A stretch of DNA of 61,597 nt, filler included, from Vannella sp. (lineage: Eukaryota): NCBI GenBank assembly GCA_023345925.1. It is 6 parts of 6 records of this genome, joined end to end, with 100 filler letters (N's around TTAATTAATTAA, not from the genome) between each part and the next. Parts side by side here need not be neighbours in the genome. Positions count along the whole stretch, not along the records: positions 8,533 to 20,463 come from JAJQQN010000549.1; positions 20,564 to 31,633 come from JAJQQN010001240.1; 4 more parts are not named here. The stretch is one strand, 5' to 3'. This document shows, piece by piece, positions 10,994 through 21,200 of this stretch (positions are counted from its first letter, which is position 1; each line of letters opens with the position of its first letter). The position numbers and the translations under genes were made by a program. The notes below the pieces were generated by a model. It did not search any database. It saw only the letters and a list, made by a program, of their open reading frames with translations, and was not told the DNA's origin.

Positions 10994-12194
10994 TCAAGCG
11001 TAAACATATCCGAGGTTTTGTGTTGGTCTCACCACGTCCTGGATTCGAACGACTTGGCCACCACTGGTGATGCGTTGGTATTGATACGCAAAGTCATATT
11101 CATCCACGTTATGAAGGCCATCGAAAGGAAAGAGAGGCTCATAAATATTGGTACCCAAAGGACCGCCAGTCAATGGGAGATAAGGTTCTTCTTCTGGATG
11201 AAGTTCAATCCATTTGGTCCACATCTTGTCCACATAACAGTGGTGCAAGAAGAACAAAGGGTCATTGGGAGAAGCTGTTGTAGACATTTCTCCTCCAACC
11301 TGCACAGTTATAAGTACGGCAGAGTGCCCAAAGACAGAGAAGGCACATACCCAACCATGCACTCTGTTATGCATGTATCCGGCGGTAGACTCCGGCCACC
11401 ATGGCAGAGGGACAGAGCCATCAAGTGTCTTTCGGAAGGTGGCAATGGGATTCAGTGTTCGGTTACTCCGATACGAAGGAAGATCAAAAGGAACAATATG
11501 AAGAGCGTCCTCCATTTGAGAAGCTGTTGGTAGACTGGAAGAGTTTCCAAGTTTTCGACTTAATCGCAGAGCTTTCGCTCCCCAAGGTAGTGGCCAGTAT
11601 GCAAACGGTCCGCTGGATACAAATTGATGCTCCTCAGGGTTGCCGTCGCCTCCGAGGAAGTAATCCCGCCAGAGATGATTGACATTGGGGTCAGTTGACT
11701 GGTCTTTTGTCCAATCCCAGTATGGCACTGTCACTTGAGGGTTGACCTTCTGGAGCTAAGCAACTTGGAGATGAGAAAGGAGAGGGCAAAGGGGAAGTTC
11801 ACGGACCTCTTGTTCAAAGCGGAGAAGGAACAGACGGTGCCACGGTAACAAAGCAGGGCTTCCATGGCCGTAGTTGATACTGTCAGAAGAGATGAGGCGT
11901 CTGAACAAGCAGAGGTGAGCTGGGTCAGACGTACCAAAGAGGCGTGTTGTCGCGATCTTCATTGTGAAGGCAGCTTTGTGATTCAGAGGGAGTTCCATCA
12001 CGATTAAGTGGGTACGTAAGCACATGCATCCTGACAAGCTCATCGTACACGCCAGAGTGCTTCAGCGCGTTAACAGCCTCCACAAACCGATCGATCTCCT
12101 CCCTTGTCAAGTGCGCCTGGTCCTTACGAACCATCGGACCAGCCACAACCAGCGAGCTCATCAAGCATAGCGTAAACCAAACACCCAGGCTCAT
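10994..12194 (-). CDS. Secreted tyrosinase (type-3 dicopper)
   Basis: Signal peptide; CuA region HGSPALLPWHR; VPYWDW; CuB region HNRVHGW..SPNDPLFFLHHCYVD; three introns. Confidence 0.92.
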
Positions 12195-12375
12195 CAGGTC
12201 ACTCTTTTAATGAAGTCCTGGGAGGTCCCAAAAGCTTCCAAACCGAAAGCAGTCATACCAAGTCCAAGCCAATCAAATGATCGCCTGCCGAGAAGTCCGA
12301 AAAGTCCATCGAAAAGTAGTTGGAATTTTCTCATGCCCCGCCACTGATCGGTTGACTCAACTCCAACTCCTTGGT

Positions 12376-12890
12376 TTACTTTAGGTTCCACTTCTTTCGT
12401 AGACTCTCTCGTCGGAGTTGTTCCTCTGTTGGGGCTTCGGGAGCTTTCTCCATGTCGCTTTGCATCTCCTCCCAGCGGACGTAGGCTCCCTTCTGCTTGT
12501 ATTTCTTGTAGGCGTAGACAAAGGGGTTGCAGAAGAAGAAGGTGATCACGCCACAGCAACAGGCGACGATGAGGATGCCAATAAGGACTGCAAGAGGGTA
12601 CCACGTGTAGAGCCTCCCGTTCACTGTCCATTTGATCAGATTCAACCATTGAGAGTGTGCAGGGGCGTACCAAAGCACTGCTTATGCTTCCAGTTGTCAC
12701 AAACTGGGAAAAGAGAAGATGAGGGGCCGAGGAAGCCTCCTGGGACGCACTTCAGGTCCTCCTCGCACCAGACACACCCTGAAACATCTGTACATGTAGC
12801 GCAGTCTGTCTGCGCCCCACAATTCGGTGCCTGCTGTTGGGCAGCAGCAAACGCCAGGAAGATGAAGAAGAGTGCGAAAGATGCGCGCAT
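12376..12890 (-). CDS. PTTG1IP-like PSI-domain membrane protein
   Basis: Signal peptide, CxxC..GCVWC..C..W..QC PSI motif, TM with CCC, tail ending RESLRKKWNLK; one intron. Confidence 0.75.
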
Positions 12891-12931
12891 GAGAGCGGGA
12901 CGAGGGGAAATGATCGTTTAGAAGCTCTTGT

Positions 12932-14266
12932 CTACTCTACAATGTCCTTTACTACGGAAGAGAAGATCTTCAGCGCATCATCCACCTCTTCCTTGGTAGT
13001 ATTGAGAGGAGGGATGAAGCGGATGGTCTCATACGCTGAGGTGGTGAGGAGAAGGAGGTTCTGGGGGATGCAAGCAGCGGTGATCTTGCCAACAGTGCCA
13101 TAAGGAGCTCCGTAAAACTCAATAGCATTCATCAGACCCAACCCGCGAACGTCTGTCTTCGTCTTCAGGCCGCTACAAAGCTTCCTCAAGCCGCCGCGCA
13201 GCTGTTCTCCACGCTCCAAAGCATTCTCGAGCATCTTCTCTTCAGTCATGACATCGATGGTGGCGCAGGCGGCAGCACAGGAGACCGCGTTACCATTGTA
13301 GGTTCCTCCAACTGTCCCTTGGGGCTGCTTCGCCATGAGAGATCGGTTGGCAGCGACTGCACTCAAAGGGAATCCACTTGCAATACCCTTCGCCATGACG
13401 AGGATGTCAGGGCGAACGCCAGAGTGCTCCACAGCGAACCACTTGCCAGTGCGACCAAAACCGCTCTGCACCTCGTCGAGGATAAGCATGATGCCATGCT
13501 CGTCGCAGATCTTGCGAAGGGACTCCATGTAAGCCTTAGGAGCAGGGACGTATCCTCCTTCACCGAGAACGGGTTCCACAAGGATAGCCGCGACCTGGTC
13601 AGCCTCGCAGTGCCTTTTGAAGATGTCCTTGATGTGGGGTGCTTCAGCTTGGCAGCACCCCTTGGTGGGGCATTGCTTGTCGCAGTGGAAGCAGTAGGGG
13701 AAGTTGGTGACTTCAATGCCTCCAGCGGCTGGTCTCCATCCACGGCTGTAGATAGCCTTGGATTTGGTCAAGGAGGCGGCCAAGTAGCTTCGCCCATGGA
13801 AGGAACCGTCCATAACGATGATGTGGGGTCGCCCAGTGGCCACCTTGGCGAGTTTAACGGCGTTCTCGATGGCTTCTGCTCCAGTGTTGGCGAAGAAGAA
13901 GGTATCTAAGGAGGGATCAGGCATGATTTCTACCAATCGGTCCATCAGGTTGAGCATGGGACGGGAGAAGCCCATGTAGGTCTGCGAATGGATGATGTTG
14001 GCGACCTGGTCTTGAGCTGCCTTCACCACTCGAGGGTGGCAATGGCCCGTGTTGGCGACTCCGATTCCTGTTGTGTAATCCAACAACTTTCGGCCATCCT
14101 CCAACTCGAGGTAGCTTCCGCTTCCCGACTTGATGGGAGAAGATAACAACCGCGGGATGGAAGGGTGCATGTGCTCCTCTCCAAAAGACGCTCCCTTCTC
14201 CACACGCTCTGATGAGAAGGTCCTCGCTGCAAACCGCAAGGAGATGATCGTCCGCCTAGAGAGCAT
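12932..14266 (-). CDS. Class-III aminotransferase (4-aminobutyrate aminotransferase GabT-like), mitochondrial presequence
   Basis: NTGAEAIENA, SFHGRS, VEPVLGEGG, DEVQSGFGRTG, AKGIASGFP; intronless. Confidence 0.9.
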   Translation of the reverse strand: MLSRRTIISLRFAARTFSSERVEKGASFGEEHMHPSIPRLLSSPIKSGSGSYLELEDGRKLLDYTTGIGVANTGHCHPRVVKAAQDQVANIIHSQTYMGFSRPMLNLMDRLVEIMPDPSLDTFFFANTGAEAIENAVKLAKVATGRPHIIVMDGSFHGRSYLAASLTKSKAIYSRGWRPAAGGIEVTNFPYCFHCDKQCPTKGCCQAEAPHIKDIFKRHCEADQVAAILVEPVLGEGGYVPAPKAYMESLRKICDEHGIMLILDEVQSGFGRTGKWFAVEHSGVRPDILVMAKGIASGFPLSAVAANRSLMAKQPQGTVGGTYNGNAVSCAAACATIDVMTEEKMLENALERGEQLRGGLRKLCSGLKTKTDVRGLGLMNAIEFYGAPYGTVGKITAACIPQNLLLLTTSAYETIRFIPPLNTTKEEVDDALKIFSSVVKDIVE

Positions 14267-14399
14267 GTTCAAGGCAAGGGCGGCGTCAAAAGTGAAAGAA
14301 GAAAATCAAGACTTTGAGTCTCCACCGCTCCGAGCTCAATAAATAAATGAATGAATGGATGACAATTATCAATTCAACTCAAAGGTCTTCATAAGAGGC

Positions 14400-16800
14400 T
14401 TTCTCCTCCCAACTGAACAGAAGCCTCTTCCTCTCCAGCCTTACTGGCGTAAGCAATATCAAAGCGCATTCAAGCACAAGGTGATCAGCGTGTAAATGGT
14501 ACAAGGAGGAGAGCCAGGAAGCCTGAAAGGAGCGTGAGTAATGGGAATCTGATGAAGAGGGTGAGTTCTGAACATTTGGATGACAACCATTCTTTGCAAC
14601 CAACCCGGAGCCGAGTTAGTGCAGTAGCTGGTGGAAGGTGAAATGAACAGTTGGAGATATAAGAGGAATTCACATCCAAAAACCTCTCCCGATGACTCAC
14701 TTAAGTAAGGTTCGGTTAACATGTCCCCTTTACCACCAAATGAAGCGTTCCTGTGGCTCTCCATCAGCCGAACTTTTTGAAACATGTTTAGAGGAGTGTC
14801 GGGTGCACCTCATTGCTGTTACGCTAAGCTTCTTCGACACCGTGGAGGACAATGTTCCAAAGATAAGCACTGTTTAGGATTCGTCTGACTTGTGATGTTT
14901 CTGCACGTTTGTCAGCTTTTCTTTCCATCAAGGTGGAATGCGCACCAGAATGCATTTTCCACCCGCTGCAATGAGGAGAGCAATGATCTCATTGTGGCCT
15001 CTCGCAACGGCAAGATCTAAAGGCGTCTAACAAGTTATGAGTAAGACATCTATCCAGACTAAGTACAAGCGCTTCGATGACCAACTCACTCTCTAAATAC
15101 ATTCTCTTTTGGTGAGCTCCCAACAAGAAAGCTCTTTCGTCACTTTTAAGAATACGGGGCTTACATCCTAGAGAATCTCTTGGTGAGGAAAGGGGTCGTC
15201 CCGTCTTGTTTCTACATCCAGTTGATTAGAAAGAGGTACCTACTCTCTATAAACACTTCCTGAGTTGAACTGATAACTTTGATATTGCACCTACATCATA
15301 CTAACAGTGACCCACGGATGATGAGAAATGCAGTCATGCAAGGTACCAACCATAACGCATGAACATGACTTACACCCTATGTGTGTGCCATCTGAGTCAT
15401 TTGCACTCTGTCTTGGAGGGCCTGCGTCCCCAGATACTACCAAGGCGCGGGATGGCTATTAACTTACTTCCTAAGTCCCAACAAATCAGTAAGTTGGGAG
15501 GAATATGACGAAGCAGGTGCTGGCAAAAAGGAAGGGAGCAGCCACTCACGGACTAGAGGAGGTTAGTTAAATCATTTTGGAATAATAGAATCCAACCTCA
15601 TTGACATCTACAGATCGTAGAGAAAGCAAATACTTCACAACATCGACTTGTCCGACGATGGATGCGTGGGTCAAGAATGCCTGACCAAATGATTCGTATT
15701 TCCAGTTTCTCAAGTTTAGAGGATGTAACTCACCCTCTAAATCATTCCTAGATTAGTCTGTCTCTGAAGAGCCATCATAGTGGCATGGTTGCTATTTGTC
15801 ATACTCTCTAGAACAGAATATTTCTCTTTGTGAGTTCTCTGCTTCACTTATCTGAAGGCAAAAGATTGCGAATACACTTACGTACTACATTGCGTTCGCG
15901 GTAAGAATCATCTCCCTCTCTTCCAAGAGTTCTTCCCAAACTCATGAAAGGGAACATGAATAATGACTTACATACTAGGGCCATCTGAGCTGGAGTAACC
16001 CTAGCAACCTTACTAGGATACTTACTAGCTAAATCATCCTTTAGGTGAATCAACTCTTCCTCTTCTTGAGCCCTCTTTCCCTAAGAAGGACCTTCGCCAC
16101 TTACATACTGAGCGCATTCCCTTTGGTGAGCCCTTCTTCCCAACATGACAATAAGTGTAAGGAAACTGACGTACCCGCTACATCAATGCCTTCCAAGTGA
16201 GCTTCTTCTCCCTATTCTCCCACTGGTCTCCTTACTTCCTACGTTTCATCCATTCAGCTCCTTCTCCGCTCCTTCTGAAGCATCCAAAGAGTTCCAGAAG
16301 AGAAACCTACTTGCTGGAAGCCTGTGCTCATGCAATGGGCCTGCAGAAAGGCCTTCACGGTGGGCACGTCCCCAGAGAAGAGCGACTTGGAAGCAGCGAG
16401 ATCGGCCATGACCTGACGGAATGCTCCAAATCCCATTCTAGACGTTGGACCTTTTCTTCATTCAGTTCAGGGGTGGTTATAGCAAGGTGATAAGAAGCCG
16501 TAAGATAGCAATCTTATTACTGGTTCCACCCAAGTTTTTGTCTTCTTTTCCCCGGTTTACTTCTCACAGAAGGTGTATTCAGCTCATCAGCCTATATGAA
16601 CACGAGGTGATGTATATAGAGGGCATAGTGTTGTCAAACACATGACACCTTAGAATCAGGAGAGAAAGTGTGGTTTCTTTCGAAAATGATGTTTTGATCT
16701 CCAAGGCCTTGGCGTCCTTCTCCCGCGGGTCTTTTGTATTGCTGTACTATAGAAACTAGTCAACTTGTTACAGTATATTACCTGAGAATACCAAAGACAA
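14400..16800 (-). pseudogene. Degenerate ankyrin-repeat gene (boundaries approximate)
   Basis: Ankyrin fragments TPLDLAVARGHNEIIALLIAAG (~14960-15027), DGTTPF (~15190-15210) and THASIVGQVDVVKYLLSLRSVDVNE (~15600-15675); no continuous spliced frame found. Confidence 0.55.
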
Positions 16801-16900
16801 AACCCACTCCTTTTAACAGTCTGTCATGACAAGGGAGAGCGATTTAGAGGTTCAAATTCGGACCTTTTAGGGTTTCCTGTGTTCTTTTGTCGGGGAATCA

Positions 16901-18551
16901 TCAGAAAGAGCGCGGATTCTTTTTGGTGTTCCGTAGGATCCCGTCGAAAGTGATCTTGAGAAGATCCATGTTGTTTTGGAAGATGACTTTTTGACCTTTT
17001 CGCAGAATGATTGCGTTCTTCTTGTTGGTGGAGAGAGTGGGATCGAGAAGGAGATGTTCATCTTGTTCAATGGTGGTTGGAGCATGCTTGAGTACAACCT
17101 CAAGCTCTGCATAAGCCCTTGCAAAAGCACCTCTCTCACTTTCCAGGGAAACCATCTTCCCAGCAGAGGCATCTGGAAGCAGATGTTCTTCCTCTGCTCT
17201 TAATGAGCGCACTCGGAAGTCTCTCAAAAGATCGTTCGGCAAGTGACCTTTCCGGAATCGATATTCAATTATTTCAGGCCTACTGGAGTATCAGATATCA
17301 CAGGCACTGAACCGTAGAGTGCCTTACTTATTGGATTGACTGCTTGGCTGTCCGGCAAGAACACTGGGCGGCATGGGGATACTCGCAATGGCATAGTCAA
17401 AAGGATTCTCTTCTATAACGAAGCCGTAGTCGAACAAGAGATCATAGTTCGGCTTTTCCCCATAGGAAATGAACAGCTCTTCACCTTCTTTGTAGTCCTT
17501 CTCCGCACTGAAGAAAGATTGATTTTGAGTGCGATTGACAGTATTCACGCCGGGTTTGTAGTTCATCATGTCCAGTAGGGGGGCCATCAAAAGAGCTTCT
17601 TGTATGGATCCTCTATTGATAGTCCAGGAGCGACTCTTAACACTGAGATACGCCCAAACCCATTCTCCCAATGTGCATTCTGGCGGGAAATGTTTGCTTT
17701 TCTCCTACTTGACTGTTTAGGAGTGAGTATGTACTTGAATTGAACTTACTTTAAATAGAGAGTCCCACAATGAGGAGTAACTCATCCGCAAATCGTGCTT
17801 TAGCTCTCGGACGTCGTCAATCATTCCAGTGTATTCAAGTTCCTTCAGGTCTTCCGCGCTCCATCGAAGGGGAATGTTTGGATAGTCCTTCGGCAGGATG
17901 TCTCCAACCTTGTTAGAATCACCTCTTGACTACGAGGACGAGAAGTCTTTTGGACTCACCAAGATACGCCCGGAAAGGGGATTCTGGATTGAACTTTTCA
18001 CTCACAAGGAAGGCTATGAGAGCTTGCTCATGAACTTTCTTTGGGTTCCAACCCTGCTTGAAGTTAGAGTAGGGAAAGAGATGACTTGGTCAGTCCCACT
18101 GACCCGAAACGATTCCAAGAAGGATTGGGACAAGATCTGGCGAGAAGAGATGGCTAAAGAGTCAGGAACTGTGATGAGGGCCTCTCCTTTCTACTTCAAG
18201 TTAGTCTGGTCGATAAGAGGAGGCGACAAACCTTGATTGGGCGTGAGGCGAAGCAACTGCGATCGTTGGGACCAGTTTTCCGTACTGTGTAGGCCGCTGT
18301 GATGTTCTTTTGGTTACACCACTGCTCAAAGTTATCCCACGCCCTCTCTTCAGTGAGTGGAGACTCCTTTAGGAACTCTTGAATGACAAACGAAGCTGCC
18401 CCTGCGCAACCTTCCTCCCTGTGAGCTTCGTACCAACACCAGGTGAGAGCTATTCACCAAGCATACAAGCTACGATGAGCCCCCATCGTGTCCAGTCCCA
18501 AGCCCGAGACTGCGATGACTTTTGCTTCCGAAAAGGTCTCCTACGGGGCAT
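16901..18551 (-). CDS. SET-domain (Rubisco LSMT/SETD3-like) lysine methyltransferase with an N-terminal TM segment
   Basis: WAYLSVKSR, PLLDMMNY, GEELFISYGEKPNYDLLFDYGFV; multi-exon. Confidence 0.85.
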
Positions 18552-19080
18552 AGGACCTACTAAATAACCTCATATTGGCAGACAACTTTCTTGCTCCCAA
18601 AAAAAGGTTTAAGGGAATGCCAAACAATGGAAAAAACGAAACGCAAACCACTTTTTTTATTTTTTTATTTTTTGTCGGAATTTCCCCCTTTCTTTCCAGC
18701 CAATCCAGGAATGGCGGAGCTCAGTGTGAAGAGGAGATGGCACTATTCTGCTCCGTCGGGGTATTGATAGTGAGGATCTACGCTCCTCAGTCGTGTTCTC
18801 ATCGAAGGATGTTTATCTTTTAGATTCCGGGAATGAGCAATGATTTGGAGATTGAGTGGGCGACGCCCGGAGTGGATCTGACAGAAGGCGTCTGAATCTG
18901 AATTCATTTGCCTTCCGATGGGACAGTATCTCAGCGTCTTGAAGGGTACATGTCGACGTTCTTACTTAGCCATGTTGGTGCATTGGATTTGACATCCTTC
19001 CCGTTGATCTAATCACTTCTGTAATCCTCAATAAACAGTTTCATCTCCATCTTTATTCCTTTGTGATGTTCAGCATCCAT

Positions 19081-20042
19081 TTACATGACATAATTAGGGC
19101 GGGCCTTAAGCATTAGTGCCATCTGAAAGGTGCACAGCACAATAACGTTGCACTTAGGGTCCAACAGGAGAGTTTCAGCGGCACTATTCAACCGGAATGA
19201 GGTCTCGTCCCATAAGGGAATTACCAATGGACGTCGGACACCGGTCTGTCCATGCATTTCCGTCAGATCGTAACAATCTTTCTCTCGGGGAGGGCTGGCA
19301 TTCTGCCATTCCGGATTGGACGAGCAAACGAACTGCTCCATCTTTTCTCGGGAGAAGCTTGAATACAAGGTCAAACTTTCTTGCTTTCTCTCCAGCAAAT
19401 CAGCCATTTGAAGAGCGCAGACCGTCCTTTGGTTGCCGGCTTCGTCCAAGATGAGCTCCATATGTTCTGAAACATAAGCAGGAGGAGGAAACAGTGATTC
19501 ATGGGGACACTCGCCTCTGCTCAAGGGTACGGTGGGAGAAAGTACACTGCAGAGTTTCTCTTCGCCCAACTGACTCCCACAGACCACACCGGCATAGAAG
19601 GCCTCCTCTTCGTTTGCGCGACTTGAATATTTGGTGATCACCTCGTTGAAGCAAAGGCGGACCTCTTCCGGAAGATTTCCAGATAACGCAACGTTCAACT
19701 TCTGAACAATCGCGGTGAGGGCTTCTGGGGTCTGCAGGCTTGGCTCAATATCGATCTTGATGTCAATATGAGGATTGATGGCATTGTCTGGCTCAAGAGG
19801 CTCGGCATTGGTCAACAGGAAGTTTTTCAGTCGACGGAAAAACTCCGTCGACTGAAATTTCCTCTCCGTGACCTTGACGATGCAGATGAGGAAATTTCTC
19901 CCAATATGATGGTAGATTGTATGCTCTGGCAAGATGTCTGGCTGTGAAGAGAGTGAGCAGATAAGCACTTGATAAAGGTCTGTTGGAGTCAGTCAATCTC
20001 ATCACCAGAATTCTCCCCCACAGGCTTACCACAGGTTGTCAT
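19081..20042 (-). CDS. Orphan ~300-aa protein, possibly with a degenerate P-loop NTPase C-terminus
   Basis: ATG at 20042, GTAAGC..CAG intron, then the 295-aa open frame. Confidence 0.6.
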
Positions 20043-20101
20043 GTTATGGACTCAGGGCCACTTGAGATAAACTTTTAACCGAGACTTTCAGTTCCCTTTT
20101 C

Positions 20102-20173
20102 AATCACTATGATGAGGGAACTCTTCGGTCGAATGGTTTCGACCGAAAGCTTTATGCCAGCTGAAAAGTGATT
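20102..20173 (+). ncRNA. Candidate box C/D snoRNA-like RNA
   Basis: Box C ATGATGA 20109-15, box D CTGA 20161-64, terminal stem aatcact/agtgatt, internal perfect 10-bp hairpin 20124-20147. Confidence 0.3.
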
Positions 20174-20247
20174 TATCTTTTGTCTGGCACCAAACAAATG
20201 ATGATTTTAAGATTTTAAGAGGGCTTCGCTTCTTTTCAATCGTTTGG

Positions 20248-20345
20248 AGGGTGGTCAAATGAGCCCAAAAAGTACCTCAATTAAAACAAATAAAAAGTAC
20301 ATTGGTAATGGTCCCGATCGAATTTAGAGGTACTTTTCAACCGTG
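20248..20345 (-). mobile_element. MITE-like dispersed repeat, copy 2
   Basis: Matches 8384-8429. Internal inverted repeat AAAAGTACCTC (20268-78) / GAGGTACTTTT (20327-37). Confidence 0.55.
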
Positions 20346-20563
20346 GTTTCCTCAGGGCAGTGAACTTCCCAAGGCTCTCTTCTGAGAAGGTTGAAGGCAA
20401 ACACGAGTTTTGGAACCCTCTTCCTTCGCTCGTTGATTTTCTCGACCTTTACCTCTTCAGGATNNNNNNNNNNNNNNNNNNNNNNNNNNNNNNNNNNNNN
20501 NNNNNNNTTAATTAATTAANNNNNNNNNNNNNNNNNNNNNNNNNNNNNNNNNNNNNNNNNNNN

Positions 20564-20719
20564 GAGGGCAGCGAGGATGTTGTTGCTCGCCTCGACTGCC
20601 ACGAAGAGCGGTGTGCGTCCCGTCCCATCCACTTCATCGATATCATTACATAAGCCCAACCAGTGCTTCACATGAGCTTCCTCTCCCTTCTCCACGTAAT
20701 GGTGGACCGAGTTCACCAT
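20564..20719 (-). CDS. Ankyrin-repeat protein, 5' fragment cut by the linker
   Basis: DIDEVDGTGRTPLFVAVE ankyrin motif. Confidence 0.7.
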
Positions 20720-21200
20720 TGCGGTCCCGACCCAACACCAAATGACCTTCTTTTACTCTTGCAAAGAAGGAATCCTCGATTTGAATGATCTGTCATTCCT
20801 CGGACTCTTGGAAGGGCCGCACTTCCCTGGTTGGGAGAGAATCCCTGGATTGGATGCAGAAAGTTGAAACCCTAAAAACATATAGAAATCCGATTTCACC
20901 AACTCAGCATCGATTTTGGCCCCTTTTCGGAGGTCAAGGTTACTCAGGTCGGTGGCTTCGTAGATTTTCTCTGGGGGAAGGTGGTCGGGAACTGCCCTCC
21001 GAGTGAGCCGACCCTTGCTCCCATTATCTCGCAATCTTCAGAGGCTACGTGATAGTGGAACATTCACGAACAAAAAAAGATGCATTTCACCTTTCGCCCC
21101 TATTTGGATGAATTACTGTACTAGCTTATTTCCGGACTTGCAGTTCTGTGCTTGCCCCTCGTGGACATTGTGTGTGTCTCTCGTCAGTTAGGTCGCGTCC

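Noticed and set aside
10948..10995. 14-bp direct repeat gggataatgttttc after the tyrosinase stop
   Set aside because: A small local duplication with no further structure
11887..11933. In-frame TGA at the first tyrosinase splice junction (selenocysteine or readthrough?)
   Set aside because: It arises only with the proximal TTCAG acceptor; the downstream CTGACAG acceptor gives TGT (Cys) in frame with a normal intron length
12932..14266. Intronless bacterial-like aminotransferase as contamination or recent HGT
   Set aside because: It has a mitochondrial-type presequence and is embedded among intron-containing genes; this family is widespread in eukaryotes
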